Below, in pieces: positions 26,196-36,785 of a stretch of 64,000 bases of DNA. Made by a program: the position numbers and the translations under genes. Position 1 is the first letter of the stretch; every line of letters starts with the position of its first letter. The DNA is from a virus: positions 64,001 to 128,000 of the IMG/VR virus record IMGVR_UViG_3300045988_161245, one strand, 5' to 3'. The notes below the pieces were generated by a model. The model had not been told where the DNA came from. It searched no databases and saw nothing but the letters and a program-made list of their open reading frames with translations.

Positions 26196-27967
26196 TGGCA
26201 AAACGATTAAAACAAAATCTATCTGATTCCCAAATAAAAAAAAATAAAACTGACAAAATAATGAATATTGTTGCAGAAAGAGCTTCGTATTATAGAGCTA
26301 ATCCACATAGGTTTGTGAAGGATTATCTTGGAATAGAATTAAAATTATTTCAAAAAATACTACTCTTCTGCATGATGCATAATGATGCCTTTTATTATAT
26401 TGCTTCGAGGGGCCAGGGCAAAACTTACTTGGTATCATTATTTTGCGTTGTAAGGTGTCTTTTGTACCCTGGTACAACTATTGTGGTAAGTAGTTATACT
26501 TTTAAACAGGGAAAAGAAACAATAATGAAGATAACGGATGATTTTATGAGAAAATCTCCGTTATTACGAAGTGAAATAGCTAAATACAGTATAGGACAAA
26601 ATGATTGTTCGGTATATTTTAAATCTGGTGGTTGGATACAGGTAAAAGTTGCTGCTGAGTCATCAAGAGGTGCCCATTGTCAGATATTAATCATTGATGA
26701 AAGTCGTATGGTTCAGCAAAAAATAATAGATACCGTATTAAAGCCAATGCTTTCAGCTCCACGTACTCCTCCGTATATAAACAAGCCGGAATATAAGGGC
26801 AAAGGTTATGAGGAAATGAATAAAATCCTTATGATGTCTTCTGCCTGGTATAAACAATCTGAGATGTATGAAATTGTAAAAGCTTATGTGGCAAATATGC
26901 TTGATCCAAAGATGAAATATTTCATTTGTGATTTACCATATACACTTTCAATTGCAGAGCATCTTCTTATGCGTCAATCGATAGAAAATGAAATGTCTGA
27001 AGCTACTTTTTCTGATATTTCATTTAAAATGGAACGAGAAGGTATTTTTTATGGAAGTGGTGACGAATCGCTTTTCAATTTTAATGTATTAAATACACGT
27101 AGAATTTTACAAGATAGTTTCCATGATTTAGATTTTTATAGAAATAGTAATGTAAGGATTCCACAAAAACAAGCTGGAGAAAAACGTATATTAAGTCTTG
27201 ATATTGCACTTCTTGCATCAAAAAAACACGATAATGATGCTTCTGCTTTTATTATTAACAGTGCCCTTCCTACATCCTCAAACGATTACATTAGTAATAT
27301 AAAGTATATAGAAACACAAGAAGGATTAATGACTGAAGAGCTTGGTCTTATGACTATGCGCTATTTTTATCAATATGATTGTGATTATATTGCGATTGAC
27401 GCAAATGGTGTTGGACAAGGTGTATTGGATTATTTAATGCAGGATAGATATGATCCTGTTTATAATATGACATATGGTGCCTTAAATTGTTGTAATAATG
27501 ATGATTTAGCAGACAGGTGCAAAGTTCGTAATGCTCCAAAGGTTATTTATGCAATAAAAGCAAGTGCAAAATCAAATAATGATATGTGTCTTGCTCTTCG
27601 TAGTGGTTTTCAGAATGGAAATATTAATCTTTTAAATTCTGAAACTGAGATTGATGAAAAATTACAAAAGCTTATAAAAGGTTTTAATAAGTTGTCTGAT
27701 ACACAAAAAATAAAGCTTCGTCTTCCATATTATCAAACAACATTCCTTATTGAAGAACTTATTAATCTTGATCATGAAGTAAATAATGGACTTATTAAAG
27801 TTAAAGAAAAATCAGGAATGCGGAAGGACCGTTATTCTTCACTTGAGTATAATTATTATGTTGTTCAGGAACTCGCACTTAAACTTAAGCCAAAGAATAC
27901 AAATATGAAAAACCTCGCTGACATCCTACCAATACGTACAGCGAAGCGTCATTCTTATTTCGATTAA
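26195..27967 (+). CDS. terL: terminase large subunit
   Basis: 590 aa. Walker A ASRGQGKTY, Walker B QILIIDESR, and a C-terminal RNaseH-like nuclease motif YIAIDANGVG. Confidence 0.85.
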   Translation: MAKRLKQNLSDSQIKKNKTDKIMNIVAERASYYRANPHRFVKDYLGIELKLFQKILLFCMMHNDAFYYIASRGQGKTYLVSLFCVVRCLLYPGTTIVVSSYTFKQGKETIMKITDDFMRKSPLLRSEIAKYSIGQNDCSVYFKSGGWIQVKVAAESSRGAHCQILIIDESRMVQQKIIDTVLKPMLSAPRTPPYINKPEYKGKGYEEMNKILMMSSAWYKQSEMYEIVKAYVANMLDPKMKYFICDLPYTLSIAEHLLMRQSIENEMSEATFSDISFKMEREGIFYGSGDESLFNFNVLNTRRILQDSFHDLDFYRNSNVRIPQKQAGEKRILSLDIALLASKKHDNDASAFIINSALPTSSNDYISNIKYIETQEGLMTEELGLMTMRYFYQYDCDYIAIDANGVGQGVLDYLMQDRYDPVYNMTYGALNCCNNDDLADRCKVRNAPKVIYAIKASAKSNNDMCLALRSGFQNGNINLLNSETEIDEKLQKLIKGFNKLSDTQKIKLRLPYYQTTFLIEELINLDHEVNNGLIKVKEKSGMRKDRYSSLEYNYYVVQELALKLKPKNTNMKNLADILPIRTAKRHSYFD

Positions 27968-28072
27968 TAAATCTAACACTATCCATCAACCAACACCAAC
28001 TACTCTCCCACTTCTTACTTCTTAAAATAAATTCCAACCAATCCAAATCCAAATCAAAAATAGAAAGGCAGG
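27963..28072 (+). other. 110-nt completely G-free intergenic tract between terL and portal
   Basis: No G was found on inspection between 27963 and 28072. The composition resembles the 8.6-9.6 kb tract (atctaac, ccaac, cactc words). Confidence 0.9.
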
Positions 28073-28079
28073 TGTACCA

Positions 28080-29843
28080 ATGGGTAGACCCAAAGGTAGT
28101 AAAAATAAGCCAAAGGTGCAGGACGGTACACCTATTTCAAATAAAACCGTTAATACAGCTGCCTCAACTTCCACTTCGAAGTCAAAGGTAGCTCCTAAAA
28201 CAACTAAAACAGTCAATACAAAATCAACCACAACTAGAAATCAAACAAAGAAACTAGATAAAGTTGATAAATTACTGTTAAACAAATCAGCCACTGTTCC
28301 AACTATTGATACACCAAAAGGGAAGAAAACTGTAGCTGAAATGTCAACAACACTTACAAAGCATGAGCGTGTGCTTGAAATGGCAAAAACCACAAAAGCA
28401 ATGATAGATGCCTTGCAGCTTACCGATTTGTCTAAAACTGAATCGCGTACTTTCCAGACCTATTCCAGGGAAACACTTCGTACTTATATGAAATCACCAA
28501 AATCATACGAGTCTCAGTTAAGAAATTTAAGCCGGTATCTGTACAGACTTTGCTATGAGTACAGACGTATCTGTTTACACTATGCGACGATGATTTGTGG
28601 AGATGCATTTAATATTATCCCATTGGATGATCCTACGCAGGAAATGACTCCGGAGGAACGTACCAATACTTGGTATGAAACTATGATTCGTTGGCAACGT
28701 ATGGATTTTGCCAGCGAACTTGTAAAACTACTTCTTGTAGCTTGGCGTGAAGACTCTGTATACGCATATGTTTATGATGACTCTGATCAGGAAGGTGGAA
28801 CTTGTTTCTATCAGATTCTTGATGGAGATTATTGTAGAGTATCTTCTGTTGAAGCAGGTGTATTCAGATTTGCATTTGACTTTTCTTATTTCAGATCACA
28901 TGAAGCATATCTTGAATATTGGGATTCTGAATTTAAGTCTAAATATGAAGCATATCAGAAAGATTCTACATTAAGATGGCAGGAACTTGAACCTGAAAGA
29001 CAAGTTTGTTTTAAAGTAAATAGTGATGATCCGACTATGGATTACAGTCCACTAGCTAGTTTATTTCAGACGATCATAAATAATATTGATCTGTTAGAGA
29101 TTCAGGCAGTTAAGGATGAACTTAGCGCTTATAAACTTCTTGTAGCAAGATTAAAGCCATTAAGTGGAACTTCTGATCCTGACGATTTTGAAATTGATCC
29201 AGATACCGCATTAAAATATTATAACAAACTTGCAGCTAATGTTCCGCCATGTGTTAATGTTGTACTTTCTCCTATGGAAATTGATACAATTGAATTTAAA
29301 GATTTGAATAATACAGATGATACAGATATGGTTTCCAATTCAATATCTAATATTTTCAAGCATATTGGTGGTGTAATTCTTGACTCAGATAAATCTGGAA
29401 CAACAATTTATGAAGCACAGATTATTGCAGATATGAAATATGGTCAAAGTACATTATTACCTCAAGTGCAGAGATATCTAAATTTATATTTTAACTATGT
29501 TGTTGGAACTGGACATGGATACTTTAAGTATATAGATGGTGTTTGTCCTTACACAAAAAAAGCAAAACGTAAAGAACTTATTGAATCTGCCCAGAATGGA
29601 TTACCAAGAATGTCAGTTGGTGTCCTTGATGGAAATACACTTCTTGAGCAAATGTCTATGCTTAAGCTTGAGCGTGATTTAGGGCTTGTTGATTTGATGA
29701 GCAATCCACTTAGTACAAGTTATACGCAATCTGGTGATACTTCTACTACAGATACCGATCCTATTAATGGCGGTGCCCCAAGTAAAGATTCTGATGATCT
29801 AACCGACTCTGGTAGTAAATCCAAAGAACGTGGAAATGAGTGA
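28080..29843 (+). CDS. portal protein
   Basis: 587-aa ORF directly after terL. Typical size. Has a K/T-rich low-complexity N-terminus. Assigned by position and size. Confidence 0.65.
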   Translation: MGRPKGSKNKPKVQDGTPISNKTVNTAASTSTSKSKVAPKTTKTVNTKSTTTRNQTKKLDKVDKLLLNKSATVPTIDTPKGKKTVAEMSTTLTKHERVLEMAKTTKAMIDALQLTDLSKTESRTFQTYSRETLRTYMKSPKSYESQLRNLSRYLYRLCYEYRRICLHYATMICGDAFNIIPLDDPTQEMTPEERTNTWYETMIRWQRMDFASELVKLLLVAWREDSVYAYVYDDSDQEGGTCFYQILDGDYCRVSSVEAGVFRFAFDFSYFRSHEAYLEYWDSEFKSKYEAYQKDSTLRWQELEPERQVCFKVNSDDPTMDYSPLASLFQTIINNIDLLEIQAVKDELSAYKLLVARLKPLSGTSDPDDFEIDPDTALKYYNKLAANVPPCVNVVLSPMEIDTIEFKDLNNTDDTDMVSNSISNIFKHIGGVILDSDKSGTTIYEAQIIADMKYGQSTLLPQVQRYLNLYFNYVVGTGHGYFKYIDGVCPYTKKAKRKELIESAQNGLPRMSVGVLDGNTLLEQMSMLKLERDLGLVDLMSNPLSTSYTQSGDTSTTDTDPINGGAPSKDSDDLTDSGSKSKERGNE

Positions 29844-29849
29844 TAAATA

Positions 29850-30035
29850 ATGAAAGATAAAAAATTTATTTTTACATATGATAAAGAAGTTCGTGAGCAG
29901 TTGATCACTCTAGGTTATATAGAGGTTCAGACACCTGCTCATTTTTATATGTTTGTAAATAACAATAAGATGAATTTTGCTGAAAATGACATTGATATGT
30001 CTAAAGTAAAATTCACAAATATTATGTGTGTTTAG
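29850..30035 (+). CDS. small DUF5659-like protein (paralog family 1 of 4)
   Basis: 61 aa. Shares the pattern (F/Y)xxS..(L/V)R..L...G with ORFs 32005, 41617 and 46854. Confidence 0.5.
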   Translation: MKDKKFIFTYDKEVREQLITLGYIEVQTPAHFYMFVNNNKMNFAENDIDMSKVKFTNIMCV

Positions 30036-30092
30036 TCCTCTTTTCTAAGGGCTATTATATAGAAATTTTCAGAAAGGAGGTAAATACCAAAG

Positions 30093-31940
30093 ATGCGCAA
30101 TAAAACGCTACTTACTATTGATGATTTGGTCAAATTTTGCGAGGAACAGAAATTTGCAAAATTCAGTTCAAATGAAACAGGATATAAACTTGCAGTTAAA
30201 GTCCCTACTACTTTTGAATCGGAAGATTCTGTTGATGAAAATCATCGTGGTATGAAAAAAGTTAAAATTAAGATTTTCCATACTGGAGTAAATCGAAATA
30301 AATCTCGTGTTTCTAAAGAATCAGCAGAACGTGCAATGAAAACAATTCCAGACAGACCGGTACTCGCCGCTATTCATCAGCTTGACGATGGTTCGTGGGA
30401 TTTTGAAGGTCACGAAATGAAAACTGTTAGAAACGAAGAAACCGGTGAAGACGAAACAGTATATATCGAATCCCAAGTTGGATCATTTTCTTCTGAACCA
30501 GCATTTTGGGAACATGATGATAAATTAGATAAAGACTTTGTATGTGCTTATGCTTATATTGCTGAAGACTACACTCGCACCACTTCTATATTAGAAGAAA
30601 AAAACGGTACTAAAAATAGTTGTGAGCTTGTTATTGAGGAATTATCCTACGATGCAAAGGAAAAAGTTCTTGATTTAGATGATTTTTATTTAAATGCAAG
30701 CACCTTCTTGGGGTCTCGTGATGATGGTACTGAAATAGGAGAAGGAATGGAAGGTTCCAGAGCAGATATTGTTGATTTTAGTGAAGCACATAATTCAGTT
30801 TTGATTGATTTACAGACTAGACTTTCTAACGTTGAGTCTAAGTTAGAAAAGGTTTGTTTCAATAATAATACACAAATTAATCAGAAAGGAGGAAATGATC
30901 TGGTGAAATTTGAAGAATTACTTAAGAAATATAATGTAACAGCTGATGATATTACCTTTGATTATGAGGGGTTATCTGATGAAGAGCTGGAACAGAAATT
31001 TGCAGAAACATTTGATGATGACGGTGGCGCAGCTTCTGATGATGGAGCCGGTGATGCAGGTACAACTGATGGTAACTCTGATCCAGAACCTACTTCTGAT
31101 GAAAATGCAGACGAAGGCAATGGTGAATCTGATCATGTAGAAGAACCAGTAAATGAAGAGGGAGCTGGCGAAACTCAGGAAGAAAATCCGGTATCTGAAG
31201 AATCCGAAGATGAGCCTGTTGCAACATCCGATGATTCTAAAGAAAATCCAGTTGAGGAAGAGGCTTGTGGAGCAGATAATAAAAAGAAAAGGAAATACTC
31301 TATCACTACTGGTGAGAAATCTGCCAACTTCGAAGTTTCTCTCGATGAGAAAATTTGGGCACTATCTGATCTAGTAAATGCTCAGTATGGAGAGTCAGAT
31401 AACTGCTGGTACTCTGTAAAGGTTTATGAAAACTATCTTATTATGTATGATTATTGGACATGCATTGCTTATAAGCAGACATATTCTCAGGATGGAGATA
31501 ACTTCTCTCTCACCGGTGATCGTGTAGAAGTATATGCTACATATCTTACCAAAGAGGAATTAGATGAAGTTGAAGCGATGAGAAGCAATTATGCATCTCT
31601 TGTTGAATACAAAGAAAATGCAGAGTTTGCAAAACTTCATACACAGAGAGAAGAAATTCTTAATGCTGAGAAATACAACGATCTAAGAGATACAGATGAG
31701 TTCAAAGCTCTTGTTGAGAACATGGACCAGTACAGTCTTGTTGATCTTGAAAAAGAGGCAAAAGTTATTTTTGCTGACTTTATCACATCTAATGCAGGAA
31801 CTTTTTCTGCACACACTTCTGAAACAAAATCCAAAAAGAAATTTAATGGTGGAATGACATTTGGTGTTGGTTCTGAAAAACCAGAAGCTGATAATGAGAA
31901 TTCACCTTATGGAGATTATTTTAAATCTCTTAAAAAGTAA
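30093..31940 (+). CDS. putative prohead protease/scaffolding protein with a central poly-acidic linker
   Basis: 615 aa located between portal and capsid genes. D/E-rich region around 31000-31260. Coiled-coil C-terminus. Confidence 0.45.
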   Translation: MRNKTLLTIDDLVKFCEEQKFAKFSSNETGYKLAVKVPTTFESEDSVDENHRGMKKVKIKIFHTGVNRNKSRVSKESAERAMKTIPDRPVLAAIHQLDDGSWDFEGHEMKTVRNEETGEDETVYIESQVGSFSSEPAFWEHDDKLDKDFVCAYAYIAEDYTRTTSILEEKNGTKNSCELVIEELSYDAKEKVLDLDDFYLNASTFLGSRDDGTEIGEGMEGSRADIVDFSEAHNSVLIDLQTRLSNVESKLEKVCFNNNTQINQKGGNDLVKFEELLKKYNVTADDITFDYEGLSDEELEQKFAETFDDDGGAASDDGAGDAGTTDGNSDPEPTSDENADEGNGESDHVEEPVNEEGAGETQEENPVSEESEDEPVATSDDSKENPVEEEACGADNKKKRKYSITTGEKSANFEVSLDEKIWALSDLVNAQYGESDNCWYSVKVYENYLIMYDYWTCIAYKQTYSQDGDNFSLTGDRVEVYATYLTKEELDEVEAMRSNYASLVEYKENAEFAKLHTQREEILNAEKYNDLRDTDEFKALVENMDQYSLVDLEKEAKVIFADFITSNAGTFSAHTSETKSKKKFNGGMTFGVGSEKPEADNENSPYGDYFKSLKK

Positions 31941-32004
31941 TTTAGAAGTAAATTATAACAACTGAATATAGAAAAAATTTTATAGTTGAACGAGGTATTT
32001 ATTT

Positions 32005-32259
32005 ATGAGTGATGTATTTTATTGCTACTCTCCTACTCTTAGAAAGGAGCTTATGGAGAATGCACATCAAAGATATATTGCACGATCAGTCAATCCATCT
32101 ACCAATAGAGAATTTTGGATGTTCTTATATACAGATGAGTTGATTGATTATCTTAACAAGCGTCCTAAAACGAAACATAAGTATGTTAAGAATAGGAAGA
32201 ATCCTAAGTTCGAAAATATTGAGAATACTTCTTGTAAAAATACAGAAGTAAAAAAATAA
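32005..32259 (+). CDS. small DUF5659-like protein (paralog 2), upstream partner of an endonuclease gene
   Basis: 84 aa. YCYSPTLRKELMENAHQRYIARSVNPSTNREFWMFLYTDELIDYL parallels ORF 46854. Confidence 0.55.
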   Translation: MSDVFYCYSPTLRKELMENAHQRYIARSVNPSTNREFWMFLYTDELIDYLNKRPKTKHKYVKNRKNPKFENIENTSCKNTEVKK

Positions 32260-32285
32260 AAAGAACTTTTAGGGTTCTTTTTTAA
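32259..32285 (+). terminator. Rho-independent terminator
   Basis: aaagaac-ttttagg-gttcttt followed by TTTTAATT. Confidence 0.6.
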
Positions 32286-32304
32286 TTGAAAGTGAGGTTT
32301 ATTT

Positions 32305-33497
32305 ATGGGTATTACATTAACTAATGAAGAATTTCAAGAAAAGTTTTATAATAAATTTGATAAAAACGAGTATACACTAATTTCTCAATATACTGGTGGA
32401 TCTAATTTTATAAGAATTAGACACAAATGCGGATATGAATTTGAGAAAAGCCTAAAAATATAATTACACCAAGAGAACATCTTAATTGTCCAAAATGTTT
32501 TGGAAAATTATATACTAAGGTAATTCCTGGAATAAATGATATGGCAACAACAAATCCAGAACTAATACCATTACTAAAAAATCCAGATGATGCTTATAAG
32601 TATAAAACTAATACAAATAAGAAAATATATTTTATATGCCCTGTTTGCGGTAATGAACTATATAAAACAGGGAATGAAGTATATATGCATGGATTACAAT
32701 GTAAATATTGTAGTGATGGATTTAGTTACGCCGAAAAATTCATGAAATCTATATTAAGCCAACTTGGAATTAACTATATACATCAATATAATCCTGGTTG
32801 GGCACGACCATATAGATATGATTTTTATTTTGAATTAGATGATAAAAAATATATTATCGAAATGGATGGTGGAATTGGACATGGGAATTTTACTCGTGAT
32901 GGTAAACAAGATGTTGTTGGAAAACAAATTGATGACAAGAAAGATGCACTTGCAAAATCACATAATATAAATGTAGTTCGAGTTGATTGTAATTATATTG
33001 ATATAGAAAATAGGTATGATTATATAAAAGAACATATTTTAATTTCTGAATTATCTCAAGTCTTAGATTTATCAAAAATAAACTTTTCTTTATGCCGTAT
33101 CGTTGCAGAAAAATCAATATTTATTTCAGTTTGTGATTTAGTTAATCAAGGAATGCAAAGTTTTGTAGAAATAGCTGAGAAGCTTGAAATATCAAATACT
33201 ACTGTAAGTAGATATTTAAAAACTGCTTGTGAATCTGAATATCTTGATATAGATTATAACGATCTCAAACAACAATCCCTTGATATTGGATACCAAAAGA
33301 ACAAACAACGAAACGAGAACCGTCCAAACGGATTTAATCGAACACCTGTTAAATGTATTGAAACAGGTGAAATATTTAATTCTATGAATGCAGCGGATAA
33401 AAAATATGGCGGATGTGTAAGTAGTTATTTATCTGGACGAATTAAATATACTGGTCATTTAGATGACGGAACAGTTCTTCATTGGGAACGAATTTAA
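32305..33497 (+). pseudogene. Vsr/DUF559-like homing endonuclease gene disrupted by a frameshift in an A-run (32446-32449)
   Basis: The 52-codon ORF 32305-32463 and ORF 32541-33497 (open from 32445) together are collinear with the intact paralog at 23390. The core is YDFYFE...YIIEMDGGIGHGN... Confidence 0.6.
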
Positions 33498-33505
33498 AAT
33501 CATTC

Positions 33506-33536
33506 AGAACCTTCTATAACGAGGGTTCTTTTTTAT
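33506..33536 (+). terminator. Rho-independent terminator
   Basis: agaaccttc...gagggttct stem followed by TTTTTTATT. Confidence 0.6.
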
Positions 33537-33566
33537 TGCCTAAAAATATTAAAGGAGGAAACCGAA

Positions 33567-34112
33567 ATGGCATCTAATTTCGAAAAATATTTATACGACA
33601 AACATGGCGTATTTCATGCCACATTAATGCACGCAACTGATATTCCAAGTGCATTTTACACAATGGTTAATGAAGATGCAGAGATGGAAAATGGTTCTGT
33701 ATCTGTTCTGAAGCCAGAGAATTACGTAGAGGACGATGTATTTAAAGTAGAGGCACCAAAGATTACAGATAAAATCGTAATCCTTGCTAACGATGTAAAA
33801 ATCTACGAAGAGTACACAAAGAGAATGCAGGAAGAGTCCCAGTATTTTATTGGTCAGGGAGAAAGAATTCGTGCATTTGAAACATTCGAAACAGACAGAT
33901 TTAGCCTTTCTAAAGAAGCTTTCAAGGATGAAACAGAGGTTGAAGTTGGCAAATATGTTGTTGTTGATGGAACTGGTTTCAAATTAACAACTGTTGCTGA
34001 AGACCCAAACAAAACAGCTGTAACACATGGTTTTGTTGGCTATATCTACAAGCAGTGGCCAAACGGTGAATATGCAGTATTCGTTAAGAGAAATGCTGCA
34101 GTTGAAGCCTAA
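33567..34112 (+). CDS. putative head decoration or scaffold-associated protein
   Basis: 181 aa with an AAAGGAGGAAA RBS, immediately upstream of the capsid gene. Confidence 0.35.
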   Translation: MASNFEKYLYDKHGVFHATLMHATDIPSAFYTMVNEDAEMENGSVSVLKPENYVEDDVFKVEAPKITDKIVILANDVKIYEEYTKRMQEESQYFIGQGERIRAFETFETDRFSLSKEAFKDETEVEVGKYVVVDGTGFKLTTVAEDPNKTAVTHGFVGYIYKQWPNGEYAVFVKRNAAVEA

Positions 34113-34133
34113 TAGAAAGGAGGAAATATCATA

Positions 34134-35237
34134 ATGAGAAAATTATTATTTGCTGAATATACTGATTTAAATCAGGCAAAATTTAAAGATGCAAAAGATA
34201 TTAGAACTTTTACAAAAATTTGTATTGATACATATAATGGTACACTTCAGAACCAGTCTGTAGCAGATGCCAATACTGTAATTAGAACAAAATTTAGAGA
34301 AATTGCAGGACTTTCCGAGGACGCAACTGATAATCAGATTAAACGTGCATTAGGAAGAACTGCAGTAAGAGAAGCATTATTCGAGATTATTGAGGACACA
34401 ATTGATGATACATTGGTAACAGGTTGGTCAGCAGATCCATTCTTCAGAAAATATGTTGATTTTAAGAATACAACAATCGGAGAGAAAAACAGTTTCTATA
34501 TTAAAGATGATTGCATCCTTACTGTAGCAAAACTTTCTGGTGGACATCATGCAATTGAACGTCAGAGACTTGGTGCTGGACAGACTCGTACAGTTAGTAC
34601 AAGCTACTTTGGATTAGGCGTATACATGAGTCTTCTTAGATTTATGCAAGGCGTTGAAGATTGGAATGAACTGATTAACAAAATTACAGAGGCATTTGAT
34701 CGTTATGTAAATACAATGCTTCATGATGCCGTTATGTCTGCATCTCAGCAGCTCCCAGTTCCTACAAAATGGAATATCAAAGGTGAAGCTAAAGCTGAAA
34801 ATAGAGCAAAACTGAAAAGACTTATCTCTGACGTGCAGCTTGCTACCGGTTCTAAGGCAGTAATTATGGGTACTGAAGTAGCTCTTGGAGAACTTCAGAA
34901 CTTTGGTAATGTACAGTGGATTTCTAATGAAGCAAAATCTGATATTTATAGAATGGGTCGTCTTGGATCATTCGAGGGAACAGAGATTGTAGAGATTCCA
35001 CAGGCATTTGCTTACAATGATGTTGAGCACTATCTGGAAGATGATAAGAAACTTCTGGTTATGCCTAATAATATTGATAAGTTCGTTAAGTTCGTTTATG
35101 AAGGTTCTGATGCAACATTTGAAAGAAACGAAATGGGCGAGACTGGCGATGAGACAAAAGATTACCGTATTAGAACTTGTATGGGTCTTGAGACAATGAC
35201 TAATGTACGTTTTGGTACATGGACTCTTGAGGCGTAA
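34134..35237 (+). CDS. major capsid protein
   Basis: 367 aa with an AAAGGAGGAAA RBS. Followed by a strong terminator. Position is canonical. Confidence 0.65.
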   Translation: MRKLLFAEYTDLNQAKFKDAKDIRTFTKICIDTYNGTLQNQSVADANTVIRTKFREIAGLSEDATDNQIKRALGRTAVREALFEIIEDTIDDTLVTGWSADPFFRKYVDFKNTTIGEKNSFYIKDDCILTVAKLSGGHHAIERQRLGAGQTRTVSTSYFGLGVYMSLLRFMQGVEDWNELINKITEAFDRYVNTMLHDAVMSASQQLPVPTKWNIKGEAKAENRAKLKRLISDVQLATGSKAVIMGTEVALGELQNFGNVQWISNEAKSDIYRMGRLGSFEGTEIVEIPQAFAYNDVEHYLEDDKKLLVMPNNIDKFVKFVYEGSDATFERNEMGETGDETKDYRIRTCMGLETMTNVRFGTWTLEA

Positions 35238-35260
35238 TTTCGTCTAATATAAAAATATTT

Positions 35261-35293
35261 AGGAGTGTGGTTGATTACTACACTCCTATTTTT
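35261..35293 (+). terminator. Rho-independent terminator after the capsid gene
   Basis: aggagtgt...acactcct stem followed by ATTTTT. Confidence 0.7.
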
Positions 35294-35315
35294 ATGAATG
35301 AAAGGAAAAATAACT

Positions 35316-35978
35316 ATGAAAGTTTTTGAGCTTGCAAAAGAAATTGGTGTACCAAGTTCAGATGTTGTAGCGCTATTAAAGGAAAACGAAGTTCCTGTGA
35401 AAAATCATATGACTCCACTTTCTGATGAAGCAATTGAAATGGTAAGAGCCAATTATATTACGGTTCCGGACGAACCTGAAAAAGTAGAGGTAAAAGAACC
35501 TAAAAAAGTAGTAAAAACAGACGCAGATTACAGACCAGAGGAAATGATTCCATGTAGGTCACTTTTTGCCGGCGTACTCTTGTTTACAGGTGATCATACA
35601 CACATGACATATGCGTTTAATGGTGCTGGTGACAGACGAAATATTGAATATCAGGATTTAAAAGCTGCAATGCTTCAACATAAAGGCTCTATATTTGATC
35701 CAGATATTATTATCGAGGATGAAAATCTTATCAATGACGAGCACTGGTTTGAAGTAAAGGAAGTTTATGAAAATATGTTTAACGAAAAAGATATTGAGAA
35801 AGTAATGAACCTTCCATATCGTGATTTTGAAAAAGCATTTATTCAGCTTCCAATTACAGCAAAAAACAGAATTATTACTACTTACGCTACACAGATGGAA
35901 AACGGTACATTTGAACAGTGGAACAAAGCGAAAATCATTGACAAGGTTTGTGGTACTCGTTTTGATCTGAAAATGTAA
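35316..35978 (+). CDS. protein with an IF2_N-like N-terminal domain
   Basis: KVFELAKEIGVPSSDVVALLKENEVPVKNHMTPLSDEA closely follows the IF-2 N-terminal motif (rVyELAKElgv.sk.ll..L...G..vk.h.s.l.e.). Confidence 0.5.
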   Translation: MKVFELAKEIGVPSSDVVALLKENEVPVKNHMTPLSDEAIEMVRANYITVPDEPEKVEVKEPKKVVKTDADYRPEEMIPCRSLFAGVLLFTGDHTHMTYAFNGAGDRRNIEYQDLKAAMLQHKGSIFDPDIIIEDENLINDEHWFEVKEVYENMFNEKDIEKVMNLPYRDFEKAFIQLPITAKNRIITTYATQMENGTFEQWNKAKIIDKVCGTRFDLKM

Positions 35979-36000
35979 TTAATAAGATCGGAGGTACTAT

Positions 36001-36456
36001 ATGACCTACGATGAAATATTTAACAGATTTTATAATCTAATGGATGATCCAAACTTTTATAAATTACCACAGGATTTTGCGTATGATCGTATGCGTTCAT
36101 GGTTACATGACGCTGCATCAAAGCCATATATTAGGAAGAAATTTTCTCAGCTAAAATTAGATGATAGATTGTTGGAGTTAACTTACTCTCTTAATAATCC
36201 ATCAGATCAGGAGTCAGATGATGATTTTGTTATAAATATCTTCGCTCAATATATGGTGATTGGTTGGTTAAAACCACAGGTTGATAATGCGATTAATACA
36301 GCAAGGATTATTGGTAGTAAGGAAGAAAAGAACATCCAATCTAACTATAAGACGAATATAGAACGACTCGAATCTTTAGAGCGTAATCTTCGAAAATTTA
36401 TCCGTGATGATGGATATATAAATAACAGTTATATCTCCGGAGGTGAAACGTCATGA
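36001..36456 (+). CDS. putative head-tail connector protein
   Basis: 151-aa ORF assigned by position, with a GGAGGT RBS. Confidence 0.4.
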   Translation: MTYDEIFNRFYNLMDDPNFYKLPQDFAYDRMRSWLHDAASKPYIRKKFSQLKLDDRLLELTYSLNNPSDQESDDDFVINIFAQYMVIGWLKPQVDNAINTARIIGSKEEKNIQSNYKTNIERLESLERNLRKFIRDDGYINNSYISGGETS

Positions 36457-36785
36457 CGAAACACCGTTACGGAAAATTCAGTGATATGCAAATGTCGGAA
36501 ATTAAGAAGACATTACGAGGTTCTATTTTTTTCTTATTACAATGTGCAGATCCTAATACTTCAAGTAAATACCCAGGTAAAGACGTAAATGAAATATTTC
36601 AGAATATTCAGTATGATTTAGATGGATTGAACAGCTTACTCTTCTACCCTGTCGAGTTAGTTCCTGTGATTGAATTATTGGAAGCTGCCAGAGTTACATA
36701 CAATAAGCCGGATTCTAAATTTGAGGATTATAGAAAACTCATTTTGGATGCCGGTGTTGCAGTGCTTAAAATAAAGGAGGATTGA
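36453..36785 (+). CDS. putative head-tail adaptor/closure protein
   Basis: 110-aa ORF overlapping its neighbours by 4 nt. Confidence 0.4.
   Translation: MTKHRYGKFSDMQMSEIKKTLRGSIFFLLQCADPNTSSKYPGKDVNEIFQNIQYDLDGLNSLLFYPVELVPVIELLEAARVTYNKPDSKFEDYRKLILDAGVAVLKIKED

Noticed and set aside
28022-28231. 69-aa minus-strand ORF across the portal gene start
   Set aside because: It is antisense to the G-free tract and the portal N-terminus. It has no RBS and the repetitive V/L/F translation is the complement of the K/T-rich portal N-terminus.
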